Shown: positions 29,664 to 39,264 of the stretch, piece by piece
How the letters are laid out: each line of letters starts with the position of its first letter
Numbering within the stretch: position 1 is the first letter of the stretch
IMG/VR virus record: IMGVR_UViG_3300014697_000001
Location: 186,516 to 250,515 of that record
Source of the DNA: a virus
Taxonomy: Duplodnaviria; Caudoviricetes
DNA length: 64,000 bases
Direction: 5' to 3' (one strand)
Notes under the pieces: generated by a model
What the model saw: the letters and a program-made list of their open reading frames with translations, nothing else
What the model was told of the DNA's origin: nothing
The model's database searches: none
Translations under genes and position numbers: made by a program

Positions 29664-29753
29664 CTGATAGGGTGACACACCTGCCGATTGGTATGTGTGT
29701 CACCCCTTCCGTTACTGCCACCGCAATCCTTTTTCTTTGTCGGAGTCTTCCCC

Positions 29754-30194
29754 ATGTCCCGTGTGATTCCCGTCCTAGGCCCAGCAGGCTTCGCTTCTGA
29801 CCTGACCATTAAAGCCGATGAGGCCATGGCCAACTTCTATATCACGCAGAAGTCTCAGTCGGACATGTACCGTGGGTCCCTGGTCAGTCTAGGGGCCATC
29901 ATCAGTCGGTTTGGTAACAATCCAATTGAGCTGCAGAACGAGACTTACCGCGTCTTGCAGTCTTATTTTGAGCGTCAGTTTGATGCCGTAGATCTGAACG
30001 TCAACGCTGTCACGAAAGGGAACAGTATTGATTTACAGATCAGTGTTATCTTACGAGACGGAGACAAGAGCATTGACATTGTTCACGTGGTAACATCCAC
30101 GGACTCACGTATCCGTAGCATCATCGATTTACAAAACAACGGCCGGCCTTTCATCCCGGCTGATACCTTTAATGTACAAGGAGCTTCACTGTGA
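29754..30194 (+). CDS. Conserved phiKZ-like protein (gp61-like; possibly virion)
   Basis: 146 aa, GGAG RBS, TATG motif at 29692. Confidence 0.65.
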   Translation: MSRVIPVLGPAGFASDLTIKADEAMANFYITQKSQSDMYRGSLVSLGAIISRFGNNPIELQNETYRVLQSYFERQFDAVDLNVNAVTKGNSIDLQISVILRDGDKSIDIVHVVTSTDSRIRSIIDLQNNGRPFIPADTFNVQGASL

Positions 30195-30748
30195 CCGAGC
30201 AAACCAAAGATCAGATCATCGCTGACCTCGAAGCGCGCGTAGCCACCCTCGAGTCCACCCTGATCGCCACCAACGATGCGCTTACCAACATCCAGCGCTC
30301 CATCGTCGAACTGACTGCCGATCATGTTCAGCGTGTCTTCAACGATGACGTCCTGGTCGACTCCATCGCTCACCGCATCATGGTTGCTGGCGCCAACGCT
30401 ATCTCCCACAAGGTCAAGTCTTCCAAGCAGCGCGCTCCCGAGCTGGTGGTAGTGGAAGGTTACGTCCCAGGCGCTATCCGTGTTACCCTGACCGGCGACG
30501 GCACCGTGATCGAAGAGCAGACCGAAGACGGCCAGTGGGTCTCCGGCGACGCCATCTCCGAAGAGCTGCGCCAGCCGCACGTGGTCACCGTGTTTGGCGA
30601 CCTGGTTGTCTCCTACGGCGGTCAGCTGGACCGTGCTTACTACGTGCTGGAATCCACCCACCTGGAAGAGTTCCGTCGTCAGACCTCGGCTCAGGCCATG
30701 GAAGTTACCCGCACTGTTGAAGAAGCAGCTGCTGAAACCATCCAGTAA
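30191..30748 (+). CDS. Hypothetical protein with N-terminal coiled coil
   Basis: GTGA overlap, AAGGAG RBS, strong codon bias. Confidence 0.8.
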   Translation: MTEQTKDQIIADLEARVATLESTLIATNDALTNIQRSIVELTADHVQRVFNDDVLVDSIAHRIMVAGANAISHKVKSSKQRAPELVVVEGYVPGAIRVTLTGDGTVIEEQTEDGQWVSGDAISEELRQPHVVTVFGDLVVSYGGQLDRAYYVLESTHLEEFRRQTSAQAMEVTRTVEEAAAETIQ

Positions 30749-30795
30749 GACGGCATAATGGGGCGGGTTAACCCGCCCTGTTCGAGGATATAGCC

Positions 30796-31386
30796 ATGCA
30801 ACTGAACTCCGATGACTTCGAACGTCTGGAAGCCATGGATTACGAGAACAACGCCCGGTTGCGTGAATCGGACTTTGTTCGTCGTCTCCTGCCTCACCTG
30901 ATCCCCTCGGAAGACGGGCGAAAGCGCGACGTTTCGATCTATGTCGCAGCAGCAGGTCATCCGAACCGCATGATCGATGTGGTCGCCGATTCGGACCCCA
31001 GCAAGCTTCTGTTCACCGTACCGCCGCTGATCTCCCAGACCCCCATGGTCATTCGATCACTCGATGCCCAACCTGGTACCGATATCGGAGAGATCACCGC
31101 CCAGTTCGAAGCCCAGATTACCACCGAGCATCCCGGTTCTGTGATCAACGGATTCGTTCAGCGTCTGATGGCCATCAACTTCACCCCAGCCGAAGCAATT
31201 GAGGTTGCCTACGGCAGGATGTGGCTTCAGATCTACCGTCGGTACAACATCCCACTGGAACGCCTGTTCGGCGACCAGGCCAAAGCTATCGAAGCGGCGC
31301 TCGGTCCTGTAAAGGAGGAGCAACCCGCTTCCTCCACTCGGAACACCATGGATGAAATCGACGAAGACGACCTCGCACCCATCTGA
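30796..31386 (+). CDS. Conserved phiKZ-like protein (gp62-like)
   Basis: 196 aa, GAGGA RBS, LFTVPPL motif, acidic tail. Confidence 0.7.
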   Translation: MQLNSDDFERLEAMDYENNARLRESDFVRRLLPHLIPSEDGRKRDVSIYVAAAGHPNRMIDVVADSDPSKLLFTVPPLISQTPMVIRSLDAQPGTDIGEITAQFEAQITTEHPGSVINGFVQRLMAINFTPAEAIEVAYGRMWLQIYRRYNIPLERLFGDQAKAIEAALGPVKEEQPASSTRNTMDEIDEDDLAPI

Positions 31387-32503
31387 AATTACGATGGCGT
31401 CCATCTCAGATATCCACTTGGCGCATCCGCGCACCAGTACGTACCACATTATCGACAATTTGCGAAAAGCCTTTCCCGATAATGCTGACACCGCCAAGTT
31501 GGATATCCTGTTCTTTGCCGGGGATGTCTTTGACCGGCTGATGAACCTGCCTCAGGACGAGGTGGATGCGATCCAAGAATGGATCGCCGACTTACTGAAA
31601 CTGTGCGTCAAACACAACATCATTGTTCGGGTGCTGGAAGGCACCCCCAGCCATGATTGGCGTCAGTCCAAGCAGTTTGTCAACGTCAACAATTCGCTGC
31701 ACATCAAAGCCAACCTTAAGTATGTCGATACCTTGTCCATCGAGGTGATCGACGAGCTGGGTGGGCTAAGTGTCCTGTATGTCCCTGATGAATGGAATGC
31801 TGACGCATCGGTGACCTGGCAACAGACCCTGGAGCTGTTAGGTATCCATGGGATGTCTCAGGTGGATGTGGCCTGCATGCACGGCTCATTTGACTATCAG
31901 CTGCCTGTGGAGTCAGTCAAAAACCACAACAGCGAACAGTACATGGCCATTGTGCGCAGCTACATCACCATCGGTCACGTGCACATCCGTTCTGAGCGCG
32001 GCGGTAAGATTCTGGCCCAGGGTTCCTTTGACCGACTCTCACACGGTGAGGAATCTCCCAAAGGCCACTACCGTGCCTGTCTGTCTCCATCCGGTAATTA
32101 CCACTGGTTTGTGGAGAACACAGGTGCTCGGATCTATAAGACCCTCGATTGTCGCGAGATGTCGACTGAGGCAGTGATTGCCTTGCTCGAGTCGTACGAA
32201 GATTGTCCTGATCTGTCCCGGTTTCGCCTGCTGATCACCCGTGGGTCTGTGGTTCAACATGGCATCAAGGATGTCCGACGTCGCTTCCCGCAGTTTGTCC
32301 TAAGTACCCAAATGGACGAGCTGAAGACTCAGGAGGACGCTGCGATTATCCAGGATAGACAGCCAGCCTTGAAGCCTATCAGCATCACCCCGACTAACAT
32401 CGGACACCTGGTAGCCGATCGGCTTAAGCGACTGTACCATGATGAGCACGATCCTGAAGTCATCTCGGTTCTGACTGTCCTAGGTAAATACAGTCAAGTA
32501 TAG
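31352..32503 (+). CDS. sbcD: SbcD/Mre11-like metallophosphoesterase nuclease
   Basis: SDIHL, AGDVFD, GTPSHD, MHG and GHVH motifs. The start could be ATG 31394. Confidence 0.88.
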   Translation: MKSTKTTSHPSEITMASISDIHLAHPRTSTYHIIDNLRKAFPDNADTAKLDILFFAGDVFDRLMNLPQDEVDAIQEWIADLLKLCVKHNIIVRVLEGTPSHDWRQSKQFVNVNNSLHIKANLKYVDTLSIEVIDELGGLSVLYVPDEWNADASVTWQQTLELLGIHGMSQVDVACMHGSFDYQLPVESVKNHNSEQYMAIVRSYITIGHVHIRSERGGKILAQGSFDRLSHGEESPKGHYRACLSPSGNYHWFVENTGARIYKTLDCREMSTEAVIALLESYEDCPDLSRFRLLITRGSVVQHGIKDVRRRFPQFVLSTQMDELKTQEDAAIIQDRQPALKPISITPTNIGHLVADRLKRLYHDEHDPEVISVLTVLGKYSQV

Positions 32504-32513
32504 GTAGACACCC

Positions 32514-33383
32514 ATGAGTAACAACGCGCAAGCCATGGCTGTTTTGTCCGAACGAGACCTTGGCCAGATTCCCGTGTCCATCGGAACGAGTCTGGCCCTG
32601 GAAGGAGCCTTCGGGATTCTCGAGGACAACCACAACCCCAAGCCCATCATCAACCAGATCGATGTGCTGTATGTCAATATCCGAACGCTGGTGCGTAACC
32701 TCGCCGGATCATTGAACCCCGAACTGGCGCATTACGTGTACCCGGAAGACATGGCGGCTATCTTGATCAACGAGATGACCGTCATCGACCAGTCCATCCG
32801 TCAGATCACGAATGGACGGGCTCGAACTCAGTTTTACCTTTGTAACTATCGAGGACTGCCGAAACGATTCCCCTACGCTATTTTAAAGGCCGCTAACACC
32901 GAGCGTCAGAAACTTGCCGCCATTCGGGAAGAACAGACGGTCATTGAGCTGCTGGGTCTTCTGCCTAACCATCCGCACCTGAAGACACTTGAGACGGACA
33001 TCGATATCCCTAACGACCCGTACCGTGTACTGATGTTGACCAGTTATGCCGTAGACCTGCTTCAGCGTTATCGTTTCAGTGCCTTGACTTTGTTGGAATC
33101 GCACACGGGTGCTACCAAGGCCCAGACGTTCTGGCACACCAAGCTATCGAACGGTAAAGAGTTGACCAACATCCCTTTTGATCGCATGACCCTGCAATTC
33201 TTTGGGGATGGAAGTAATCTCTTCACCGCATATCCGATCAAATACCGTCGGGTAATGCAGACGATCGCTGATAAAAACAAATGGAACTCACTGACTACTA
33301 AAGACTACATTATCGACTGCATCAAGAAGGCCTATGAGCCCGAACTGGAGCGGCTGGTGATCAATCTCTACGCGAAAAGCTGA
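32514..33383 (+). CDS. Conserved phiKZ-like protein (gp66-like)
   Basis: 289-aa ORF between sbcD and the chmC-like gene. Confidence 0.7.
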   Translation: MSNNAQAMAVLSERDLGQIPVSIGTSLALEGAFGILEDNHNPKPIINQIDVLYVNIRTLVRNLAGSLNPELAHYVYPEDMAAILINEMTVIDQSIRQITNGRARTQFYLCNYRGLPKRFPYAILKAANTERQKLAAIREEQTVIELLGLLPNHPHLKTLETDIDIPNDPYRVLMLTSYAVDLLQRYRFSALTLLESHTGATKAQTFWHTKLSNGKELTNIPFDRMTLQFFGDGSNLFTAYPIKYRRVMQTIADKNKWNSLTTKDYIIDCIKKAYEPELERLVINLYAKS

Positions 33384-33460
33384 GCCTCCTGAACCCCCTG
33401 TTAAAAAGAACCCATCACCTCTATATTGTAGAGAAAACGCCTAGACCGTTGGAGTACACC

Positions 33461-34201
33461 ATGAGCGAACAAAACCAGCGTCCTGAAACCATTCTGGACG
33501 ATCCATCTCTGGCGTTGAAAGCCAAACGTCAAGACGGCATGGAAGGTGAACCTACCCTCCGCCCTAGCTACTACGAGAACAATCCCCGTCTGGTTGTGGC
33601 CACCAAAGTGCCGAACGACAAGAACAACGGCAAGATCGACGCCAAACTGTCGAACCGTGCGTTCTTCTCGATTCTGCGCGCCCTGGAAGCGGTAGCAAAC
33701 AGCAAAGAACCGGTTGTCTGGTTCATGGACAACAAGGGCCATCGCTTCATCGACAAGAAGCGTGACCCGAACCCCTCGATCATGAGCTGCATCAAGATGG
33801 AAAAGAATGCCGAAGGCGTTATCTCCATCTGCATCAGTGCCGGTAAGACCCGTCCCCTGATCGAGTTCCCGTTCCTCGACGACACCTATCACCAGTTCCG
33901 TGATGCGAACGGCTCCATGCCGGTAGCGATCGCTTCCCGCCTGTACTGCCTCGCCTGGATCGACACCATGCGCGAGTACATGGGTAAGGTACTTGAGCGT
34001 CATTACAAGAAGCCCGAGTGGATGAATCGCAACCGTGACAATGGCGGCGGTTTCAACCGTGGCAACGGTGGTGGTAACCAAGGTGGCTGGAATAACGGTG
34101 GTGGTAACAATGGCGGCGGTTGGGGTGGTAATGCTGGCCATACCAGCAGCGCACCCAGCAGCGGCAGCGACTTCAGCTTTGACTCGGACGTGCCTCTCTA
34201 G
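33461..34201 (+). CDS. chmC: ChmC-like nucleus-associated nucleic-acid-binding protein (phiKZ gp67/Imp6-like)
   Basis: Folded N-domain, an Asn/Gly-rich disordered tail and an acidic end; immediately upstream of the gp68-like gene. Confidence 0.72.
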   Translation: MSEQNQRPETILDDPSLALKAKRQDGMEGEPTLRPSYYENNPRLVVATKVPNDKNNGKIDAKLSNRAFFSILRALEAVANSKEPVVWFMDNKGHRFIDKKRDPNPSIMSCIKMEKNAEGVISICISAGKTRPLIEFPFLDDTYHQFRDANGSMPVAIASRLYCLAWIDTMREYMGKVLERHYKKPEWMNRNRDNGGGFNRGNGGGNQGGWNNGGGNNGGGWGGNAGHTSSAPSSGSDFSFDSDVPL

Positions 34202-34382
34202 GACCTGAATACGAATTAAGCCTTGATCATGGATCGACACAGGGTCGTAATGACCCTGTGTCGGCCTTATACCCTATCGAGGTTTCATTCAACCATTTTA
34301 AGGCGATACATTATCAGTCTGATCGCCGATCTATCAATCGGTATAACCATCCACTGATCTATCACCATCCTCGAGGTAATCG

Positions 34383-35948
34383 ATGCAGATCAATGTACAG
34401 GACATGTCCAGCAAAGGGATCTCCATGCTTCGTTTGGAGCACGGCGACAAAACTCTCATGCTGTCGGCTGGAAGTTACTACTCGGCTGCTATCATCAACC
34501 GCGAAATCTTGTTCAAGGAGACCAACGAGTTCATCGCCACCCTACCTGAGGCCGACCAGACCCGCTTGTGGGATCTGTACGTGCGCTCTGCCGAACTTTT
34601 GATGTCCGAGGAAATCCGTTCCTCGTTCCTGGTCCGTGGCGAAATTGAAGCCATCACCAAGGAAATCTACACCATCGTCACCTACCCAGCGCTGCGCAGC
34701 TTCATTGACCGCGCAGGCCTCGTTGTGCCCTCGGATGTTTCTGACAAGTTCGAAGAACACAATGAGTTCGGGAGAAACTACCGCCGTAGCCGCACGTATA
34801 TTCGTTCCGACTACATGGACATGGTTGCACTCGCTCTGGGTCTTCGCTTCATGGTGCCGATCTGGGGCATGTACATCCAGAACGTCGCTCCGATCAATGG
34901 CAACGGCTATAAGGAGTCGGAAGCGGTTAAGTTGATCGAACTGGCTGGACTGGATAAGTGGCCGCCTTATCTGCGCATGGTCGAGTACATCGAAGCCAGC
35001 GTGGATAACGATATCAGCATGACCATGGTCATGGCAGGCCTTTCGAGTGAAGAGGTACCTCGCCACCTGATGTCGATGGCCCTGGTGCGTAAGATCTCCA
35101 TTGGTCCACTGTCCACTCCGGTGGAGCAGAACTCGTTGGCCCGAATTCTGTTCAACTACGTGACTGGTACTGCCATCCGCATGGACGGTCGTTTCCAGTC
35201 GGTAACCGGTGTGGTTCAAGCCAAGCGTCGTCGTTCCATGGACATGTCCGATGAGGATAACTCCTCGGTGTGGGATGACTACAGCCAGGCAACTGAGATC
35301 TCGGAAGGTGATCGACAGGTCATCGAGATCTACACGGAAGGGGTGGAGCACATCGTGGCTCGGATGGCGCCTAATCTGCCCATCGGGCGAGTTGAGCAGT
35401 GCATCTCGATCTGTTCGCGCCATGACACCCGTCCAATCGAGCCGTTCCAGAAAGCCTTGGTGTTCTGGGTTATCCGCACCATCAGTCCCGAAGCCCGCGA
35501 GCTGCTGCAAAAGCTGACGCATTTCCGCCTGATGGGCATTGCCCAAGCCATCCTAGATCATTGGGGGTTCCACGAACTGGCCATCCTGGTGGCAGCCGAA
35601 CAATTCATCGATGCCGACGGTGAATCGTTCATGCCCATGGAGACCCGGAACAAGATCACCCGCCAACAAGCGGAGGTCCTTGACAAGCAATACCCTCACT
35701 ACCGACAAGAGACAAAGCGCCAAGAACCCGGCAAACGGTCCAACGTGGCGGTCATTGCGATCGACATGGTAGTGGACTGGATGTCAGGTAAGGCGTGGAA
35801 GCCTCATGCACCCAGAGACATCATCGAGAAGATCCCCATGCTGGCGCAGACCGGCCACATGTACATCTCCGGTGACATCAAACGTCAACTTGCCGACATG
35901 ATCATTCATGTCAATCAACTACTTGGGAGTCAACATGGAACTAATTGA
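34383..35948 (+). CDS. nvRNAP promoter-specificity subunit (gp68-like, sigma-like)
   Basis: 521 aa, GAGG RBS, own TACATTAT promoter motif at 34307; assigned by synteny and size. Confidence 0.75.
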   Translation: MQINVQDMSSKGISMLRLEHGDKTLMLSAGSYYSAAIINREILFKETNEFIATLPEADQTRLWDLYVRSAELLMSEEIRSSFLVRGEIEAITKEIYTIVTYPALRSFIDRAGLVVPSDVSDKFEEHNEFGRNYRRSRTYIRSDYMDMVALALGLRFMVPIWGMYIQNVAPINGNGYKESEAVKLIELAGLDKWPPYLRMVEYIEASVDNDISMTMVMAGLSSEEVPRHLMSMALVRKISIGPLSTPVEQNSLARILFNYVTGTAIRMDGRFQSVTGVVQAKRRRSMDMSDEDNSSVWDDYSQATEISEGDRQVIEIYTEGVEHIVARMAPNLPIGRVEQCISICSRHDTRPIEPFQKALVFWVIRTISPEARELLQKLTHFRLMGIAQAILDHWGFHELAILVAAEQFIDADGESFMPMETRNKITRQQAEVLDKQYPHYRQETKRQEPGKRSNVAVIAIDMVVDWMSGKAWKPHAPRDIIEKIPMLAQTGHMYISGDIKRQLADMIIHVNQLLGSQHGTN

Positions 35949-37413
35949 TATCGTTTTTCGTGAGCGTTCGGGCTATCGCGAGATGCAGCTGCGACCCTTC
36001 GACGCTGATGCCACGGGCGATCTCATCCGCCAGCTGAACGAAGACACCTCCGGCGGCAGTGACCTGACCCCGGCGGCATTGAGCCGTACAGCTGGGCGCA
36101 TCATCCGTCCAGCCGCCAACGTCAGCGGCAGCGCCCTGATCAGTAATGGCTGGGGTGAAAAGCGCTTCATGTTCATCATGACCGTGCTGGTTCGTGAAGC
36201 TCGTGGTTCCCGTTCCACAGTGGAGATCACCGGACACACAGACCATGCCGATGCAGCCAATACCCTGCGTGGTGTTCGTCTGCCTGACGACATGTGCCTG
36301 TACTTCAACTCGATCACCGAGGTGAACCAAGCGTATCTGGACACCCCGACGCAACGCGGCTGGTGCACCCAGATTGCCGGTTCTCACCACGTGATCGGTC
36401 CACAGACCCGTCCGAACTTCACCCGTGATCGTCTGTCTCCAGGCACAATGACCATGCGCCCCGAGGACGTGTTCCGGAACAACCCGAAGAACATTCTACA
36501 GAACAGCTTCAGCCGACTGGTTGAACGTGAAAGTGATTACCAGGACCTGCGCAACAGCTTCACCAGTGACTCGCTGCGTCTGTCCAACCGCTGGAATGAC
36601 TCCTCTACCCGTTACCTGCACCGCTCCATCAAAGCGCTGGCAGTGGCCAATCAGGGCGAACAGTACGGCGAGGGTATGAGCCTTGAACGTGATCCTGGCG
36701 AGATTCTCAAGGATGCCCGTAAGCAGGTTCGTGAACGTACGGTGAGCCAGATGTCAGTGTTCGCAGACTTCAACCGGGATACCAACATCCTGAGTCAGGG
36801 TTTCATCACCTACGGTGAGCTCTGTGCCATGAACCCGGACTTTGCCTGGGACGATGTCAAGGTGTTCTTCGAGCGTCCGGAGACTGCCCGTGATTATGCC
36901 ACCACCACCAGCAAATGGGATGGGCGGGATAACACCACGATCGCGGCAATTCAGATCGCCCGTGCACTGCCGACGTACATGGCGTTTCACCACATTGCTT
37001 TCATCGACTTTGAAGCAAACAACATGTCCTACGCCGGACAGCCCGTCATCCTCATTCCAGAAGTCCTGCCGATCCTCGGCAAGGCCATCAACCAGAATGC
37101 GCTTCAGGCGTTTGAGCAGCGCCTGATCACCGAGCTGTTTGTGGACATGCTCCCGTGGGAAGACTGCATGTTTGACCTGCGGGTTAAAGCCACGCTCAGT
37201 GGCGATGTAGTCATCAGCATCAAACTGGAAGGGGAAGATCCGGGTGAGTTTGCCTTCCCGGTGTTCTGTGACTCCCTGGTGGCTCCAGTGGTCGTCGACG
37301 ATTCGTCGTGCATCGACCGGATGAGCAAAACGCTGACCAACATCGTAGACCGCATTGGCGGCGACGATCACCTCAGCAACGAAATTATCACTGACAGCAG
37401 CTGTCGCTTTTAA
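35935..37413 (+). CDS. picA: PicA/Imp1 nuclear protein-import factor (gp69-like)
   Basis: 492 aa, overlapping the gp68-like stop. Contains NGWGEKRFMF and MRPEDVF; assigned by synteny. Confidence 0.7.
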   Translation: MELIDIVFRERSGYREMQLRPFDADATGDLIRQLNEDTSGGSDLTPAALSRTAGRIIRPAANVSGSALISNGWGEKRFMFIMTVLVREARGSRSTVEITGHTDHADAANTLRGVRLPDDMCLYFNSITEVNQAYLDTPTQRGWCTQIAGSHHVIGPQTRPNFTRDRLSPGTMTMRPEDVFRNNPKNILQNSFSRLVERESDYQDLRNSFTSDSLRLSNRWNDSSTRYLHRSIKALAVANQGEQYGEGMSLERDPGEILKDARKQVRERTVSQMSVFADFNRDTNILSQGFITYGELCAMNPDFAWDDVKVFFERPETARDYATTTSKWDGRDNTTIAAIQIARALPTYMAFHHIAFIDFEANNMSYAGQPVILIPEVLPILGKAINQNALQAFEQRLITELFVDMLPWEDCMFDLRVKATLSGDVVISIKLEGEDPGEFAFPVFCDSLVAPVVVDDSSCIDRMSKTLTNIVDRIGGDDHLSNEIITDSSCRF

Positions 37414-37428
37414 ATAAAGGAGTCCTCA

Positions 37429-38790
37429 ATGGAACTGCATGATTTCAACGCTCGTCTGTTGAACAGTTTGAACATCATCGACGAGACAGGTGAAGGTCAT
37501 CTTAGCCGTCGCCTGGGCGATAGCTACACCCCGTTTACCATTGGCGGTAAGCGGGTGGTCCTTCCGACCAGTCAGAACCTTCGTGAGGTGGATAAGAACA
37601 CCATCGTATTCCATCCATTGAGTGAGAACATCACCCGTGGCGAATCCGACGTGCTCAAGGCCATGCGCGATTCTATCATGTACGAGCTGACCATGCGGTC
37701 GGTCTCCGTCATGTTGGAGCTGGCCCGTGTGGCTGCCACCCCGAGTGAACACAAGCGCCTCGATCCGTCCTCGTCCAAGTACCTCAAGGATCTTCAGGAC
37801 ATGGATGAGAAGACCTACCTGTTCCTGAAGGACAAAGTCCTGATGCGGGTGGGTCCTGAGCCGGAAAAGCGCCTGATCTCCATCTCCCTGCGCAAGGGCG
37901 ACAAGCGTGACGGCGTGCTGCGTCGCGTGCAATTCAAGTTCCCGGTTCTGGAGGCCCTGCTCAGCGACGAGCCAAGCATTCTCGGGGTGAAGTACCCGTC
38001 CCAGAAAGCTCGCAACACCCTGCGCACCCTGTTCCAGATCGTGCTCGGTGACGAGGAAACGCGCGCAGGCTTCGACTACGGCAGCAAGAACCACACGGCT
38101 CCCTATCTGCACGCACTGCTGATGGGCTACTCCAACCTGGCCGAACACCTGAATCGGGTGATCGCCACCCACAAGAAGCTGCTCACCCCCGAGCTGGCCA
38201 ATGACCTGACCACCGACCTGTCCTGGTTCGAGGGTCTGGAAGAAATGGCCGAGATGCGTCGTGTCGTACCTCCGCAAGAAGGTAACCAAGGTAGCATCAT
38301 CGTGCAAGAAGGTATCGGTGAGCAGGTGACGGAGAAAGTCGCTACTCGTCTGATGCCGGCAGACCGCCGCCATAAGCTGCAAGAAGCCACTGCTGACGAC
38401 AGTGACACCCCGCCATGGGAAGAAACCGTTGTCGAAGACGATCGCCGTGACTCCCGCCGCGCTCCAGCGCCTGCCCAAGCTGCCAAGCCTCGCGGTAAGA
38501 GCTTGGATGAATACTTGGGCCGGGGTCGTGAACCTGAGCGTGATCCGTTTGCGCGGCGTGGCAATCGTTTCGAGGGGCGTGATGATCGCCGGACTTTCGA
38601 TCGCCGTGAGGTCGATCGCTTCTCCCGTGATCGTCGAGACGATGACCGCGGCTTCGGTCGTGGCCGTAACATCGACCTGGGTCGTGACCGGGATGACCGC
38701 GATATCCGCGGTGGGCGCGATAGTCGTTGGGACAGTCGTCGCGATGATCGCGGCTTTGGCCAAGGCCATCGCCACGGCTCGCGCTTCTGA
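37429..38790 (+). CDS. Nucleus-block protein (gp70-like) with Arg/Asp/Gly-rich disordered tail
   Basis: 453 aa, AAGGAG RBS, FHPLSEN motif; the last ~130 aa are R/D/G low complexity. Confidence 0.7.
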   Translation: MELHDFNARLLNSLNIIDETGEGHLSRRLGDSYTPFTIGGKRVVLPTSQNLREVDKNTIVFHPLSENITRGESDVLKAMRDSIMYELTMRSVSVMLELARVAATPSEHKRLDPSSSKYLKDLQDMDEKTYLFLKDKVLMRVGPEPEKRLISISLRKGDKRDGVLRRVQFKFPVLEALLSDEPSILGVKYPSQKARNTLRTLFQIVLGDEETRAGFDYGSKNHTAPYLHALLMGYSNLAEHLNRVIATHKKLLTPELANDLTTDLSWFEGLEEMAEMRRVVPPQEGNQGSIIVQEGIGEQVTEKVATRLMPADRRHKLQEATADDSDTPPWEETVVEDDRRDSRRAPAPAQAAKPRGKSLDEYLGRGREPERDPFARRGNRFEGRDDRRTFDRREVDRFSRDRRDDDRGFGRGRNIDLGRDRDDRDIRGGRDSRWDSRRDDRGFGQGHRHGSRF

Positions 38791-38795
38791 TCCAA

Positions 38796-38834
38796 CGGCA
38801 TAGAGAGGAGGCCTTGCGGCCTCCTCTTTCTTTT
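38796..38834. terminator. Bidirectional hairpin terminator
   Basis: CGGCATA-GAGAGGAGGCC-TTGC-GGCCTCCTCTTTCTTTT. Confidence 0.8.
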
Positions 38835-38836
38835 GT

Positions 38837-39175
38837 TCAGAGCCGGCCTGGAACCTGCCTGTAGAGGGCTTTGAGATTCTCCATCAAGCCCAGGTCTGGT
38901 AACTTCAATTCTTTCATCTCGCGAGTCATCTGCGTGGGACAATCGATGTCATTGACAACCATGAAGAAAAACAAATTCTCCATCGGATAACCCAGTTCTA
39001 CCAGTAGGGAGACAAAGTTGTATTCGAAAGTATGCACCTTGCCAGGATCAAGTGGTGTTTTGACGGACTGGGCCTTCAACAGAGCCTTGTGACTATGAAC
39101 GTACGCCAGAAATTCTGGAGTGTGGTACATGACGTTGCCGCCAGAGATCATCAATTGATTTAACGCACTGCTCAT
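38837..39175 (-). CDS. Small conserved protein, possibly LysM/baseplate-wedge-like
   Basis: 112 aa with AGGAAGGA RBS; N.I..P......L.LPD pattern. Confidence 0.55.
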   Translation of the reverse strand: MSSALNQLMISGGNVMYHTPEFLAYVHSHKALLKAQSVKTPLDPGKVHTFEYNFVSLLVELGYPMENLFFFMVVNDIDCPTQMTREMKELKLPDLGLMENLKALYRQVPGRL

Positions 39176-39264
39176 ACTGTCCTTCCTAATTTGAAATCGC
39201 TGTAGCTACACATTATCTATTCGAGTTAAGATATCTCGAATGGCCATAATCTTGGGAGTTTCAG

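Noticed and set aside
38420-38790. DNA tandem repeat (GATCGC/CGTGA words)
   Set aside because: Explained by R/D-rich low-complexity coding sequence. Similarly, 51460-51600 encodes the E/P linker and 34040-34135 the G/N tail.
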